Below, one piece after another: positions 1 through 8,085 of a stretch of DNA of 64,000 nucleotides. Made by a program: the position numbers and the translations under genes. The stretch lies in contig SVQN01000003.1 in NCBI GenBank assembly GCA_015065295.1, positions 1,735 through 65,734 of the forward strand, written 5' to 3'. The notes under the pieces were generated by a model that worked only from the letters and a program-made list of their open reading frames with translations, ran no database searches and was not told where the DNA came from. The stretch is from Oscillospiraceae bacterium (GTDB taxonomy: Bacteria; Bacillota; Clostridia; Oscillospirales; CAG-272). Numbering within the stretch: the first letter of the stretch is position 1; each line of letters starts with the position of its first letter.

Positions 1-702
1 CACCTCTCCAACCTTGATATCTGTAAGTCAAGCGGTAAGATTGCCGAGGATGCGGCGGCAAGATTCAGCACAATCATTGAAAGTGAACTGGGAACGATCT
101 TCGATGAAAATGGTATTGATATCTATACCGCCATGAACGAGAATGCTATCATTCTCTTTATCCTGAATCCCCTTATCTATCCCGAAGTATCACAGTTGAT
201 GGGACGATTAATTCTTATTGACGCAAAAAAGGCGGTCAGCAAACTGTTTGCAAATCCACAACCGCGTATCTTCTACATCATGGACGAAATCAATGTTTAC
301 GCTTCTCCTACTCTCATCGACCTTATCAATAAATCCAGAAGTGCCAACGTAACCTGTATCGCCGCAACACAGAGTTTATCCGACCTTGAATACAATGCCG
401 GAGATGCTTTCAAACAGCAGTTGATTGAGAACTGCAACAACTACATCGTCATGCGGCAGAACAGCGCAAAATCCGCAGAAGAATGGGCGAATATCCTCGG
501 TACACGTCAGGCTATCGAAATCACACATCAGCTTGGAAGCAATCAAAATATATCGGCTCCGACGGGGTACGGGTCAGCAAAAAGAACAAGAAAGTATCAC
601 TATCACCCTGACGAAATAAAGGAACTCAAAACAGGCGAAGCAATCTATATGTCAAAGGATACGTTTACTCATACAAGAATCAAAGTACGAAAGGGATTTT
701 AA
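1..702 (+). CDS. T4SS coupling protein (TraG/TraD/VirD4 family), C-terminal part; the 5' end is outside the window
   Basis: Frame 1 is open from base 1 into ORF 133..702. 'RIFYIMDEINVYA' (hhhhDE, Walker-B-like) and 'ANVTCIAATQSLSDL...NYIVMRQN' resemble the C-terminal half of coupling ATPases. Confidence 0.7.
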   Translation, partial: HLSNLDICKSSGKIAEDAAARFSTIIESELGTIFDENGIDIYTAMNENAIILFILNPLIYPEVSQLMGRLILIDAKKAVSKLFANPQPRIFYIMDEINVYASPTLIDLINKSRSANVTCIAATQSLSDLEYNAGDAFKQQLIENCNNYIVMRQNSAKSAEEWANILGTRQAIEITHQLGSNQNISAPTGYGSAKRTRKYHYHPDEIKELKTGEAIYMSKDTFTHTRIKVRKGF

Positions 703-1586
703 TGAAGGAAAGTATCTGGGACGGCAACTCCATATATTTTTTGTGGTTCAGCTTTTACTTTATGCTGACCGCCTATGTAATTTCGTTGTTTACCTTTAAT
801 ATGCTGAAAGCGATTGCAATAACATTTACGATCTATCTCATTCTGCTGTCGCTTGCATTTACTCCCGCAGGAGAAAAACTGTTCAAAATGTTAAACGGTG
901 TCCGACCTCTTTACACAAACCGCGAAAAGGAAAAAATCCTGCCTATCTTCCATGATGTACATAGCGATATAACGACAAGGATGCAGTTTCCTCAAACCGA
1001 TATAGAACTATGTATTTCCGATTCCCTGATACCAAATGCCTTTGCAATGGGAGAACGAACGATTGTAGTGACAAAAGGCTTGATGGAAAGTATGACGGAG
1101 GAACAGATCAAAGGAATCCTTGTGCATGAGTACGGTCATATCTTTCATGGAGATACACGGGCAATTGTGTTCACCTTTATAGGAAACGGCATACTGAATA
1201 TAACCATGGTAATCGTCCGGAAAGTTCTGCGGATGCTGATAAAGGTTATGGATTCCTTCTGCGTGGGCTGGCTCGGAACCACGGTATTCGGAATTCTGGG
1301 AGCAACTCTGCGGATGACGTTGTTCATAATTGAAATCATAGTGTACATCGTTCAGGAGTGCGGTGAAATTATCCTGATGGCAAAAAGCCGGTGGAACGAA
1401 TCCTGCGCCGATTATTTCGCCTACTATATGAATTATGGAGAGGAACTGGTATCGGCTTTATATGATTTTGAACTGATGGCGAATGGACGAACACTGACGA
1501 TTGAGGAACAGCTAAAGGTATCTCATCCGCATACGGCGCGGAGGATTGGCTGTCTGGAAGGATGGCTTGGGGTTAGTATGGACTGA
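702..1586 (+). CDS. Membrane zinc metallopeptidase, M48 (HtpX/Ste24)-like
   Basis: 294 aa. The start ATG overlaps the preceding stop (TAATG). The protein has hydrophobic helices at both ends and the motif 'LVHEYGHIFHGD' (HExxH). Confidence 0.7.
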   Translation: MKESIWDGNSIYFLWFSFYFMLTAYVISLFTFNMLKAIAITFTIYLILLSLAFTPAGEKLFKMLNGVRPLYTNREKEKILPIFHDVHSDITTRMQFPQTDIELCISDSLIPNAFAMGERTIVVTKGLMESMTEEQIKGILVHEYGHIFHGDTRAIVFTFIGNGILNITMVIVRKVLRMLIKVMDSFCVGWLGTTVFGILGATLRMTLFIIEIIVYIVQECGEIILMAKSRWNESCADYFAYYMNYGEELVSALYDFELMANGRTLTIEEQLKVSHPHTARRIGCLEGWLGVSMD

Positions 1587-1587
1587 A

Positions 1588-1616
1588 AGGGGCACATAAT
1601 TTTGTGTCCTTTTTTC
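1588..1616 (+). terminator. Possible intrinsic terminator after the M48-like gene
   Basis: Imperfect hairpin AGGGGCACA-taatttt-GTGTCCT followed by TTTTT. Confidence 0.35.
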
Positions 1617-1827
1617 CTTCAGGCGAGTTTTTTTGATTTAGTAGTAACAAAATATTGTATTTTGTCATATATTATGATATAGGTATTATTAGACACCCGG
1701 ATTTTCTTGGAAGGGGGAAGTAAAAAAGATCACGATGAACTAAAAAAGAAGATGAATAAAACGGGAAAAGTATTGTAAAATGGGCAGAACAGTGAACAAG
1801 CTGGGAATAGCGGTTTTTCCTGATACC

Positions 1828-2676
1828 AGCCATCGGCGGGAGCATCACGGCGGTGACGCGGAACACCGTGGCGATCACGCCGTCGCACAGCAGAAGCGCG
1901 AGCGGTTCCGGGAAAACGACAATCAGTCCGCGCCGGATCACGGCGGAGAGGACGGACAGTCCCGCATCGAGGGCATCGGAGAGGATTCCGCTTCCCGAGA
2001 GGGTCAGCCAGCAGACGAGCATCAGCAGAAGAAGCATCACCGGAGCCGCTGTGAACCGTCCGCAGAGAATGCGGTCGATTCTGCGGTCGCGTGCGGTCGG
2101 GTCGCGGTCATTTTTTACGGTCACACAGGCGCGGGCGGCGGTCTCCGCCAGTTCGGCAGGGGTACCGGAAACATCCGTGCGATTCCTCGGACGGTGGCGG
2201 ATCACAGCATTTTTTACCTCGTCCAGTCCGACGTTCTGCCGTGCCGCTGTGAAAACGACCGGACAGCCGGTGAGGGATTCGAGTGTATCGCGTTCAACGG
2301 CGATCCCTTTTTTCTCCGCCTCGTCGATGAGATTGACGCAGAGAATCACGTCGTCCGCGATCCCGCAGACCTGAAAAAAGAGGATCAGGCTCCGTTCGAG
2401 GCAGCAGGCATCGCACACGACGATCACGGTATCGGGCGGCGTTTTCGTCAGAAAATCGCGGGCGCATTCTTCCTCCGGCGAATGACTGGCGAGGGAATAG
2501 ATGCCCGGCAGGTCGGTCAGTTGAATCGTATGTTCGCCTGTGGAGACGGTTCCTTCCGCAAGACCGACGGTTTTTCCCGCCCAGTTGCCGGTATGCTGGT
2601 GCATTCCGGTGAGGGCGTTGAACACGGTGCTTTTTCCGACGTTCGGATTTCCGGCGAGGGCGGCGGTAACGGTCAT
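1828..2676 (-). pseudogene. feoB: feoB truncated by element insertion (N-terminal 283 codons only)
   Basis: G-domain motifs 'GNPNVGKST', 'DLPG' and 'NLID' are followed by the first membrane helices up to the conserved '...VMLPPMA'. After that the frame runs ~50 codons through AT-rich element DNA to a stop at 1672. Full-length FeoB is about twice this length. The start ATG (2676) overlaps the feoA stop. Confidence 0.75.
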
Positions 2677-2921
2677 CCGCGCACCCCCGTTCGTACGGAG
2701 ACAATTCCGGCATCGCGTCGGCGCAGCGCGATCACGGCCCCGCGGATGAGGTAGGCGCACGGATCGCCGAGAGGGCTTTGCATGGTACAGGTGACAGCGG
2801 AACCGGCGGTCAGACCAAGATCGCGGAGGCGGTCAGCGAGGGGATGCGCGGGATCGGCAACAGTATGGACAACGGCGGATTCGCCGGGACGGAGATCACA
2901 GAGTTTGAGAAAATCGGACAT
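2673..2921 (-). CDS. feoA: Ferrous iron transport protein A
   Basis: 82 aa with 'LCDLRPGESAVVHTV...RLRDLGLTAGSAVTC'. It lies directly upstream of and overlaps feoB. The start was taken at MSDFL. Confidence 0.85.
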   Translation of the reverse strand: MSDFLKLCDLRPGESAVVHTVADPAHPLADRLRDLGLTAGSAVTCTMQSPLGDPCAYLIRGAVIALRRRDAGIVSVRTGVRG

Positions 2922-3028
2922 GAGGTTCTCCCGTGGAATATTACAGACACACGCGGCATATCGTTTGCGTGAGGGCAACAAAGTTTACCTGCTATAAGTG
3001 TATGCCACAGGAAAAGGAGTGTGACGAA

Positions 3029-3472
3029 ATGGAAGAGAAGGAATTTCTGACCGACAGTGTGTACGCAGGAGAAATCCGGAAAAACGGCGGCATGACCCCG
3101 GCAGCGGAGGATTATCTGGAGATGATCTGCCGTCTGGCGAAGTCGGGCGAAGAGGGGGATGCCGAGGTACTGCGCCCCGTACGGATCGGTGAGCTGGCGG
3201 AGAAGCTGCACGTTTCGCCGTCGTCGGCCTCACGGATGGCACAGGCGATGGCACTGCGGGGGTACATCGACTTCAAGCGGTACGGGTTTATCACGCTGAC
3301 AACGGCGGGACAGGAGACGGGGGAATATCTGATCCGGCGGCACGCGGTAGTGACGCGGTTTCTGGAATGGCTGCGCGGCGATCCGGACGGGTTCGGGGAG
3401 GCGGAGCGGATCGAGCATCATTTATCGCGGGTGACGGTGGAGGCGATGGAGCGGAAGCTGGGAGGAATGTGA
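3029..3472 (+). CDS. DtxR/MntR-family metal-dependent transcriptional regulator
   Basis: 147 aa. AGGAG lies 9 nt upstream of the ATG at 3029. The protein has the HTH 'IGELAEKLHVSPSSASRMAQAMALRGYI' and the 'GEYLIRRHAVVTRFL' dimerisation/metal region. It is divergent from feoAB. Confidence 0.85.
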   Translation: MEEKEFLTDSVYAGEIRKNGGMTPAAEDYLEMICRLAKSGEEGDAEVLRPVRIGELAEKLHVSPSSASRMAQAMALRGYIDFKRYGFITLTTAGQETGEYLIRRHAVVTRFLEWLRGDPDGFGEAERIEHHLSRVTVEAMERKLGGM

Positions 3473-3494
3473 GGAGGATTGTAGCATCTGAAAC

Positions 3495-3523
3495 AAAAAG
3501 GCAACCGGGAGGTTGTCTTTTTT
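3495..3523. terminator. Bidirectional intrinsic terminator between the dtxR-like gene and the XRE gene
   Basis: AAAAAGGCAACC-ggga-GGTTGTCTTTTTT; A/T runs flank the stem on both sides. Confidence 0.7.
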
Positions 3524-3535
3524 GAATCATATCGT

Positions 3536-3838
3536 TTATTCCTTGTCTGCCTGCTCCTGCTGATTTATGACGGTTTGGGCGTATGTTTCTGCTTCTTCTA
3601 TAAGTGTAAGAATATCCAGACCATAGACCTTTCTGCCGATATCAAAAACTTCGGTAAGTCCAATACATAAGGAATTTTCTGATTTTGTTACGGTCGATAC
3701 CGGTTTGTTGATCCGTTTTGCCACTTCTTCTTTGGTCAGGCCCAGTTCCTCGCGCCGCTGACGGTAAACATGCGCTATGTATTTGCACATTTCAAGGCTT
3801 TTCTTATTCACTTGTTTTTTGTTTTTCTTGGGTTCCAT
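3536..3838 (-). CDS. XRE-family helix-turn-helix protein (in an AT-rich islet)
   Basis: 100 aa. GGAGGA lies 5-6 nt upstream of the ATG. The HTH is 'LTKEEVAKRINKPVSTVTKSEN'. The gene is clearly lower in GC than its flanks. Confidence 0.8.
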   Translation of the reverse strand: MEPKKNKKQVNKKSLEMCKYIAHVYRQRREELGLTKEEVAKRINKPVSTVTKSENSLCIGLTEVFDIGRKVYGLDILTLIEEAETYAQTVINQQEQADKE

Positions 3839-3869
3839 GATATTCCTCCAAATTTACGCTTGTTCCTTA

Positions 3870-4072
3870 TAAACCCGTTGAGTATCTCTAAAAGTGACAC
3901 CTCATCCGGCACTACGTGCCACCTTCCCCTCGAGGGGAAGGCTTGGAGAGTGCAATTTTTACCGTCAACCGACAAAATTTTGCTCTTATTTGGCTTCCCC
4001 TTGAGGGGAAGCTGGCACCGAAGGTGACTGATGAGGTGGAAAACTGAAAATTTGAAGAGACTAAACGGGTTC
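3870..4072. repeat. ~200-bp imperfect foldback upstream of the XRE gene
   Basis: The outer arms AACCCGTTGAGTATCTCT / AGAGACTAAACGGGTT pair, as do CACCTCATC / GATGAGGTG. Each arm carries its own palindrome (CTTCCCCTCGAGGGGAAG; CTTCCCCTTGAGGGGAAG). Confidence 0.7.
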
Positions 4073-4181
4073 TTACATATCACTAATTATAAACGATATT
4101 AAAACTGCGTAATTTGGTAATACCAATAATGGATTTTTTATTTTAGAAATGAACACCCCATCTTTTTGTTATACAAAAACC

Positions 4182-4211
4182 GGCATACAGCCATCCTCAC
4201 CCGCATACAAT
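4182..4211 (+). promoter_or_regulatory. Possible mother-cell (SigE/SigK-type) promoter for the DUF3794 gene
   Basis: GGCATAC-N15-CATACAAT; the -10 matches the CATACA-T sporulation sigma consensus. It lies ~40 nt upstream of the RBS TGGAGG. Confidence 0.3.
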
Positions 4212-4251
4212 GCAGTGAAACCGTATATTCCGAAACCAATGGAGGCAAAAA

Positions 4252-5715
4252 ATGAACCAGACGATTTATGTAAAGCGATTTGACACAGCCGCGACGTGCG
4301 ACGTGAGTGAAGATGTAGTCCTGCCGGATTACATACCGGAGGTGCGGCGGGTGATCGGCGTCCGGGCGTCGGTGTCCGCAGACGGGAAGTATCTGTCCGG
4401 CGACGAACTGGAGACGGACGGCGGCGTGACCTACAACGTCCTGTATGTCGGCGGGGACGGGGCGATCTGCATGACCTCGCACACGTCATCCTATACGGGG
4501 CACATTCCGGTGAAGGCGGAGGACGACCGGTTCACGCCGCAGGATATTGTGCTGTCGTGTACGGCGGAAAACGTGAACTGCCGGGTGACGGCTCCGCGGA
4601 AACTCACGCTGTCGTCGAAAGTGCGGATGAAAATCCTGTCCCAGAAGCCCGTGGATGTGACGATGAAGGCAGACGGGGACTGTCCGGTGCGGCGGAAGAC
4701 GGAGGTGCATCCGGCGGCGGTCATGGCGGAGTACCGGCAGACGGGGGAATGCGGCGGCGAGATCCGCGAACGGGAAGGAATGCAGGTGATCGCGGCGAAC
4801 GGGGAGCTTTGCCTGACGGAGGTGCGCGGAACCGGCGGGACGATGACCGTGAAGGGGGACGCTTATGTAACGGCGTTGCTGCTGTCGCCGGAAGGCAGTT
4901 ATGTAACGGCGAAGTCGCGGATTCCGGTGGAGGAAGAAATCCCGGTGCCGCTGCCGATATCGGAGGAAAAGCGGGAAGTCACCGGTCACGCGGCGGCGTT
5001 CGGGGAGGTTGTTCTGCTGGAAATGGAGGCGGCAGAGGACGGCGTACTGACGTGGCGGATGGAATACGACATCGACTGCGTGGTGCTGAAATGCACGGAG
5101 ACGTCGGTGGTGACGGACGCGTATCTGGTTGGCTGTACGGACAGTCCGGAAATGGCGGCGTACGATTCGGTCTATCCGGCGGGAGCGGTGAACGGCCGTC
5201 TGACGATTCAGGAAACGGCGAAGCTGAAGCCGGGGATGGCATACGTCTGCGCGTGGGGACGTGCGACGGCAGACCGGATCGAAACGTCGAAAAACCGGAT
5301 GATCCTGACGGGGAACGCAGTTCTGTCGATTGTGGAATCCGGCAACGGCGAAGCGATCCTCGACGAACTGACGCTCCCCTACCGCTACGAATGTGAAGCA
5401 CTGACCCCGGAGACGGTAGACCCGGCCTGTCTGCTCGGCAAGCACAGTGTCCGCGTGACGGACATTCAGGCGCGCGCCGACGGCGACGTTCTGACCCTGA
5501 CCGCCGAGCTTGCCCTATCCGCCGCCATTCTCGGCGTGGAGACGATCAAATGCGTTTCCTCTATCGCCCCTGTACCGGATGCCGCTTCCTCCCGGAAAAC
5601 CGACGTTCTCCTCCGTCTCTACGTTCCCGACGAGGGTGAGACTGCGTGGGATGTGGAGAAGCGGTTCCGTCTGGGGCGCGATGCGAAGGCGGAGGGGGCT
5701 GTGTATGTGATCTGA
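4252..5715 (+). CDS. DUF3794-like (sporulation-associated) protein
   Basis: 487 aa. A GGAGG RBS is present. The N-terminal 'VLPDYIPEVRRVIGV' resembles the DUF3794 signature. The frame is coherent and high in GC3. Confidence 0.6.
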   Translation: MNQTIYVKRFDTAATCDVSEDVVLPDYIPEVRRVIGVRASVSADGKYLSGDELETDGGVTYNVLYVGGDGAICMTSHTSSYTGHIPVKAEDDRFTPQDIVLSCTAENVNCRVTAPRKLTLSSKVRMKILSQKPVDVTMKADGDCPVRRKTEVHPAAVMAEYRQTGECGGEIREREGMQVIAANGELCLTEVRGTGGTMTVKGDAYVTALLLSPEGSYVTAKSRIPVEEEIPVPLPISEEKREVTGHAAAFGEVVLLEMEAAEDGVLTWRMEYDIDCVVLKCTETSVVTDAYLVGCTDSPEMAAYDSVYPAGAVNGRLTIQETAKLKPGMAYVCAWGRATADRIETSKNRMILTGNAVLSIVESGNGEAILDELTLPYRYECEALTPETVDPACLLGKHSVRVTDIQARADGDVLTLTAELALSAAILGVETIKCVSSIAPVPDAASSRKTDVLLRLYVPDEGETAWDVEKRFRLGRDAKAEGAVYVI

Positions 5716-5737
5716 GGTGGGGGGGGGCGGATTTCTT

Positions 5738-6406
5738 GGGGAAACCTTTTTGAGGAAAAGGTTTCCCCAAACCCCTTCCAAAACCTTTTTAGGCGGCGGT
5801 AGCCGGTTAGTATAGTTGATATGATGGGGAGGGGGAAAGAAGAAAAACTCCGTGGAGTTCGGCTTAAGAGTGTTCGGCCCGTTGACGTGGGGATGGTTTG
5901 AAATTCTACGAAAATTGTTCTGGGGAAGTCAGGGACCGCCCCCCTGACTTCCCACGCCATTTTACGACTGCGCGATATAGTACGTCAATTTTGAATTCAG
6001 CTACGGTTCGTTGGTTTTCCGCGCGGCTTGGCTCGCCCGCCGTCCGCGCTTTGCGATCGTTCGGTTGGCTGACATACAGTTGTTTGACACAAAGCACGAA
6101 CGGCGACAGCCAAGGAGTGCGGGGGATGATAAAATGTAGCTGAATTCAAACGTGGCGCACTTCATCAATGTATCTCCATACGGCGTGGGAAGTCAGGGTC
6201 TTGGCGGAGCCTGACTTCCCCAAAACGATTTTCGTGGAATTTCAAACCAACGTCATGTCAGCGGATGGGATCAACGAAATGTCAGCGCAGATACCCAAGA
6301 AAATCCCCAGAAAAGAAAAAATCTGCAATAACCAAATGGCTATAACAGATCAAAGAGGTTTGGAGGGGAGTTTGAGGGGAACCTTTCCTCTGAAAAGGTT
6401 CCCCTC
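5738..6406. repeat. Foldback element family F3, copy A (inverted dimer tipped by H1 hairpins)
   Basis: The H1 hairpin+tail at 5738-5792 is mirrored at 6352-6406. Both arms carry the internal conserved blocks TTGGTTTGAAATTCTACGAAAAT and GGAAGTCAGG...CCTGACTTCC. The element is homologous to 22402-23089 and 34983-35640. Confidence 0.9.
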
Positions 6407-6437
6407 AAGAATTTCAACCGTACAATATTTGATAGAA

Positions 6438-7400
6438 TTACTGACCGAGAACAGCAGCACCGATGATGCCGGCGTCGTTGCCGAGCTTGGCGATGAGGAT
6501 CTGGGTCTGGGGAGTGCCTTCGCGGGAGTAGGTTTCGGACCATACTTTTTCGAGAAGGGGCTTCATGAGGTTGTCGCCTTCGTTGCAGACACCGCCGCCG
6601 ATGGAGAGAACGTTGGGCTGGAAGATGTTGATGACGTTGACGATACCGGTAGCGAGGTAGCTGATGTATTCGTCTACGACTTCTGCGCCGAGAGCGTCGC
6701 CGGCCTTCTGGGCATTGAACGCGGTGCGTGCGGAAACCTTGTCGAGGTCGCCGCCGATCATTTCTTCCATCATGGTTTCGCGGCCGGATTCACGGGCAGC
6801 GAGGATCGCGTCCTTGGTCATGTTAACGAGACCGGTTGCGGAGGAGTAAGCTTCCCAGCAGCCCTTTCTGCCGCAGGAGCACTGACGGCCGCCCTTTTCG
6901 ATAACGATGTGGCCGAGTTCCGCACCGGCGAAGTTGAAGCCGGAGTATACCTTGCCGTTGATAACGATACCGCCGCCGAGACCGGTGCCGAGGGTAATCA
7001 TAACGGAGTAGGGTGCGCCCTTCGCTACGCCTGCCATAGCTTCTGCCTTGGCTGCTGCGTTTGCGTCGTTTTCAATGTAGACCGGCTTGCCGTCGAGGAG
7101 AGCGGAGAGCTTGTCTGCGAGGGGGTACTGCAGGAAGGGGATGTTGTTTGCGTATTCAACAACGCCGGTTTCGTTGTTCGCGGTACCGGGGGTTGCTACG
7201 CCTGCGGATGCGATGTCATCCATCGTGATGCCCATTTCTGCGATGAGCTTGCGGGAGAGTGCCGCCATATCTTCTACGATCGCGTCTGCACCGCGTTCGG
7301 GCTTGGTGGGGGTGCTGCCCTTCTTAACGATTTCGAAGTCTTCGTTTACGATACCGATGGCGATGTTGGTTCCGCCAAGGTCTACGCCAATGTAATACAT
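6438..7400 (-). CDS. glcK: ROK-family glucokinase
   Basis: 320 aa with 'IGVDLGGTN', 'ENDANAAA' and the ROK zinc motif 'CSCGRKGCWEAY'. Confidence 0.9.
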   Translation of the reverse strand: MYYIGVDLGGTNIAIGIVNEDFEIVKKGSTPTKPERGADAIVEDMAALSRKLIAEMGITMDDIASAGVATPGTANNETGVVEYANNIPFLQYPLADKLSALLDGKPVYIENDANAAAKAEAMAGVAKGAPYSVMITLGTGLGGGIVINGKVYSGFNFAGAELGHIVIEKGGRQCSCGRKGCWEAYSSATGLVNMTKDAILAARESGRETMMEEMIGGDLDKVSARTAFNAQKAGDALGAEVVDEYISYLATGIVNVINIFQPNVLSIGGGVCNEGDNLMKPLLEKVWSETYSREGTPQTQILIAKLGNDAGIIGAAVLGQ

Positions 7401-7459
7401 AATTGATCCTGCCTTTACAGAAATTTCGTTTTTTCGGCGGAAACCGCCGTTTTGTTTAT

Positions 7460-7489
7460 ATTATATATGAAACGAGGTATTTTTGTCAA
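7460..7489 (-). promoter_or_regulatory. Putative sigma-A promoter of glcK
   Basis: On the minus strand: TTGACA-18 nt-TATAAT, ~60 nt upstream of the ATG. Confidence 0.45.
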
Positions 7490-7526
7490 CAGCGGCGGAG
7501 GAATTTCATAAAGTTTTTATGGGAAA

Positions 7527-8021
7527 GGAAGAAAAAAGTACCGGAACGGTACTTTTTTCAAAATTTTATGTCCCTGCGCGGGACGGCGCATAAGCGGAGT
7601 TCACGAAGTGAACTCCACCGGTCGCGGCCCTCTTATGAATCTCCCCGACCAGAGGAGGTTTCCTCTGGACTCCTCTCGTTCGTGGGACTCGGCCTTAGGG
7701 CCTCAGACAGACAGCGGTTTGCCCGCATTCAGATTGTTAGGAAGAGACAAGGTACTGTGCAAACTTGTCCAAATCGTTCGTTCACTACAAACAGCCGTGA
7801 AGTATAACTAAAAATTTAGGTTCCACCTTTTTGATAAACCATATTTCTGTTCTTCCGTGCGATTTGCTGGGTGCAAACTGCTGTCTGTCTGAGCCCTCAA
7901 GGGCGAGTCCCCCGAACGCCAAGCCGGGAATTCATAAAGGGGCGGCGATTGAGCCCCTTTATGCGCCGTCCCGCGCAGGGACATAAAATTGAAAAATGAC
8001 CGGAACGGTCATTTTTCTTCC
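7527..8021. repeat. Foldback element family F2, full inverted copy
   Basis: Terminal hairpins are GAAAAAAGTACCGGAACGGTACTTTTTTC (left) and GAAAAATGACCGGAACGGTCATTTTTC (right). The arms share ATGTCCCTGCGCGGGACGGCGCATAA...GGGACTCG.CCTT.AGGGC.TCAGACAGACAGC.GTTTGC in inverted orientation. Confidence 0.9.
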
Positions 8022-8029
8022 TTTCCGCC

Positions 8030-8058
8030 TTGCACTTTCCGTCATTTTATTGTAAAAT
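8030..8058 (+). promoter_or_regulatory. Putative promoter of the cysteine desulfurase gene
   Basis: TTGCAC-17 nt-TAAAAT, ~28 nt upstream of the TTG start. Confidence 0.4.
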
Positions 8059-8085
8059 ACTATATTATAATAAAAAGGAAGTGTT

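Larger units (their letters stand above)
1..1827. mobile_element. Right-hand end of an AT-rich conjugative element (ICE or conjugative-transposon-like) inserted into feoB; the rest of the element lies upstream of the window
   Basis: Conjugation-type genes sit in a visibly AT-richer block. The block ends at ~1820-1828, exactly where the minus-strand FeoB frame loses homology (...VMLPPMA|GIRKNRYSQ...). No integrase or att repeat is visible inside the window. Confidence 0.6.

Noticed and set aside
1672-1827. The C-terminal ~50 codons of ORF 1672-2760 (…GIRKNRYSQLVHCSAHFTILFPFY…) considered as part of a genuine short FeoB.
   Set aside because: The sequence after 'VMLPPMA' is AT-rich, has no FeoB similarity and lies in element DNA. 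I interpret it as read-through after the insertion.
4138-4489. Minus-strand ORFs 4138-4482 and 4169-4489, which overlap the DUF3794 gene start.
   Set aside because: They are Arg/Pro-rich antisense frames. The plus-strand gene has a GGAGG RBS and coherent composition.
5619-5960. Recurrent short ORFs inside the F3 and F2 repeats, for example 5619-5960, 22834-23019, 34950-35198, 35389-35667, 7403-7807, 30929-31258 and 42816-43100. They could suggest a conserved small protein.
   Set aside because: Between copies, indels shift the frame. For example, 'GDSPLRARTDSGLPAFRLLGRNEVWVQ' becomes 'GGLGLRASDRQRFARGRPFGRDKVWVQ'. No RBS is present, and the similarity is at the nucleotide level and symmetric on both strands.
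6168-7406. A 412-aa ORF that starts inside foldback copy A and runs antisense through glcK.
   Set aside because: Its N-terminus 'MYLHTAWEVRVLAEPDFPKTIFVEFQTN' is repeat-derived. The same peptide appears on both strands of every F3 copy because of the palindrome. The rest of the ORF is antisense to a clear ROK glucokinase.
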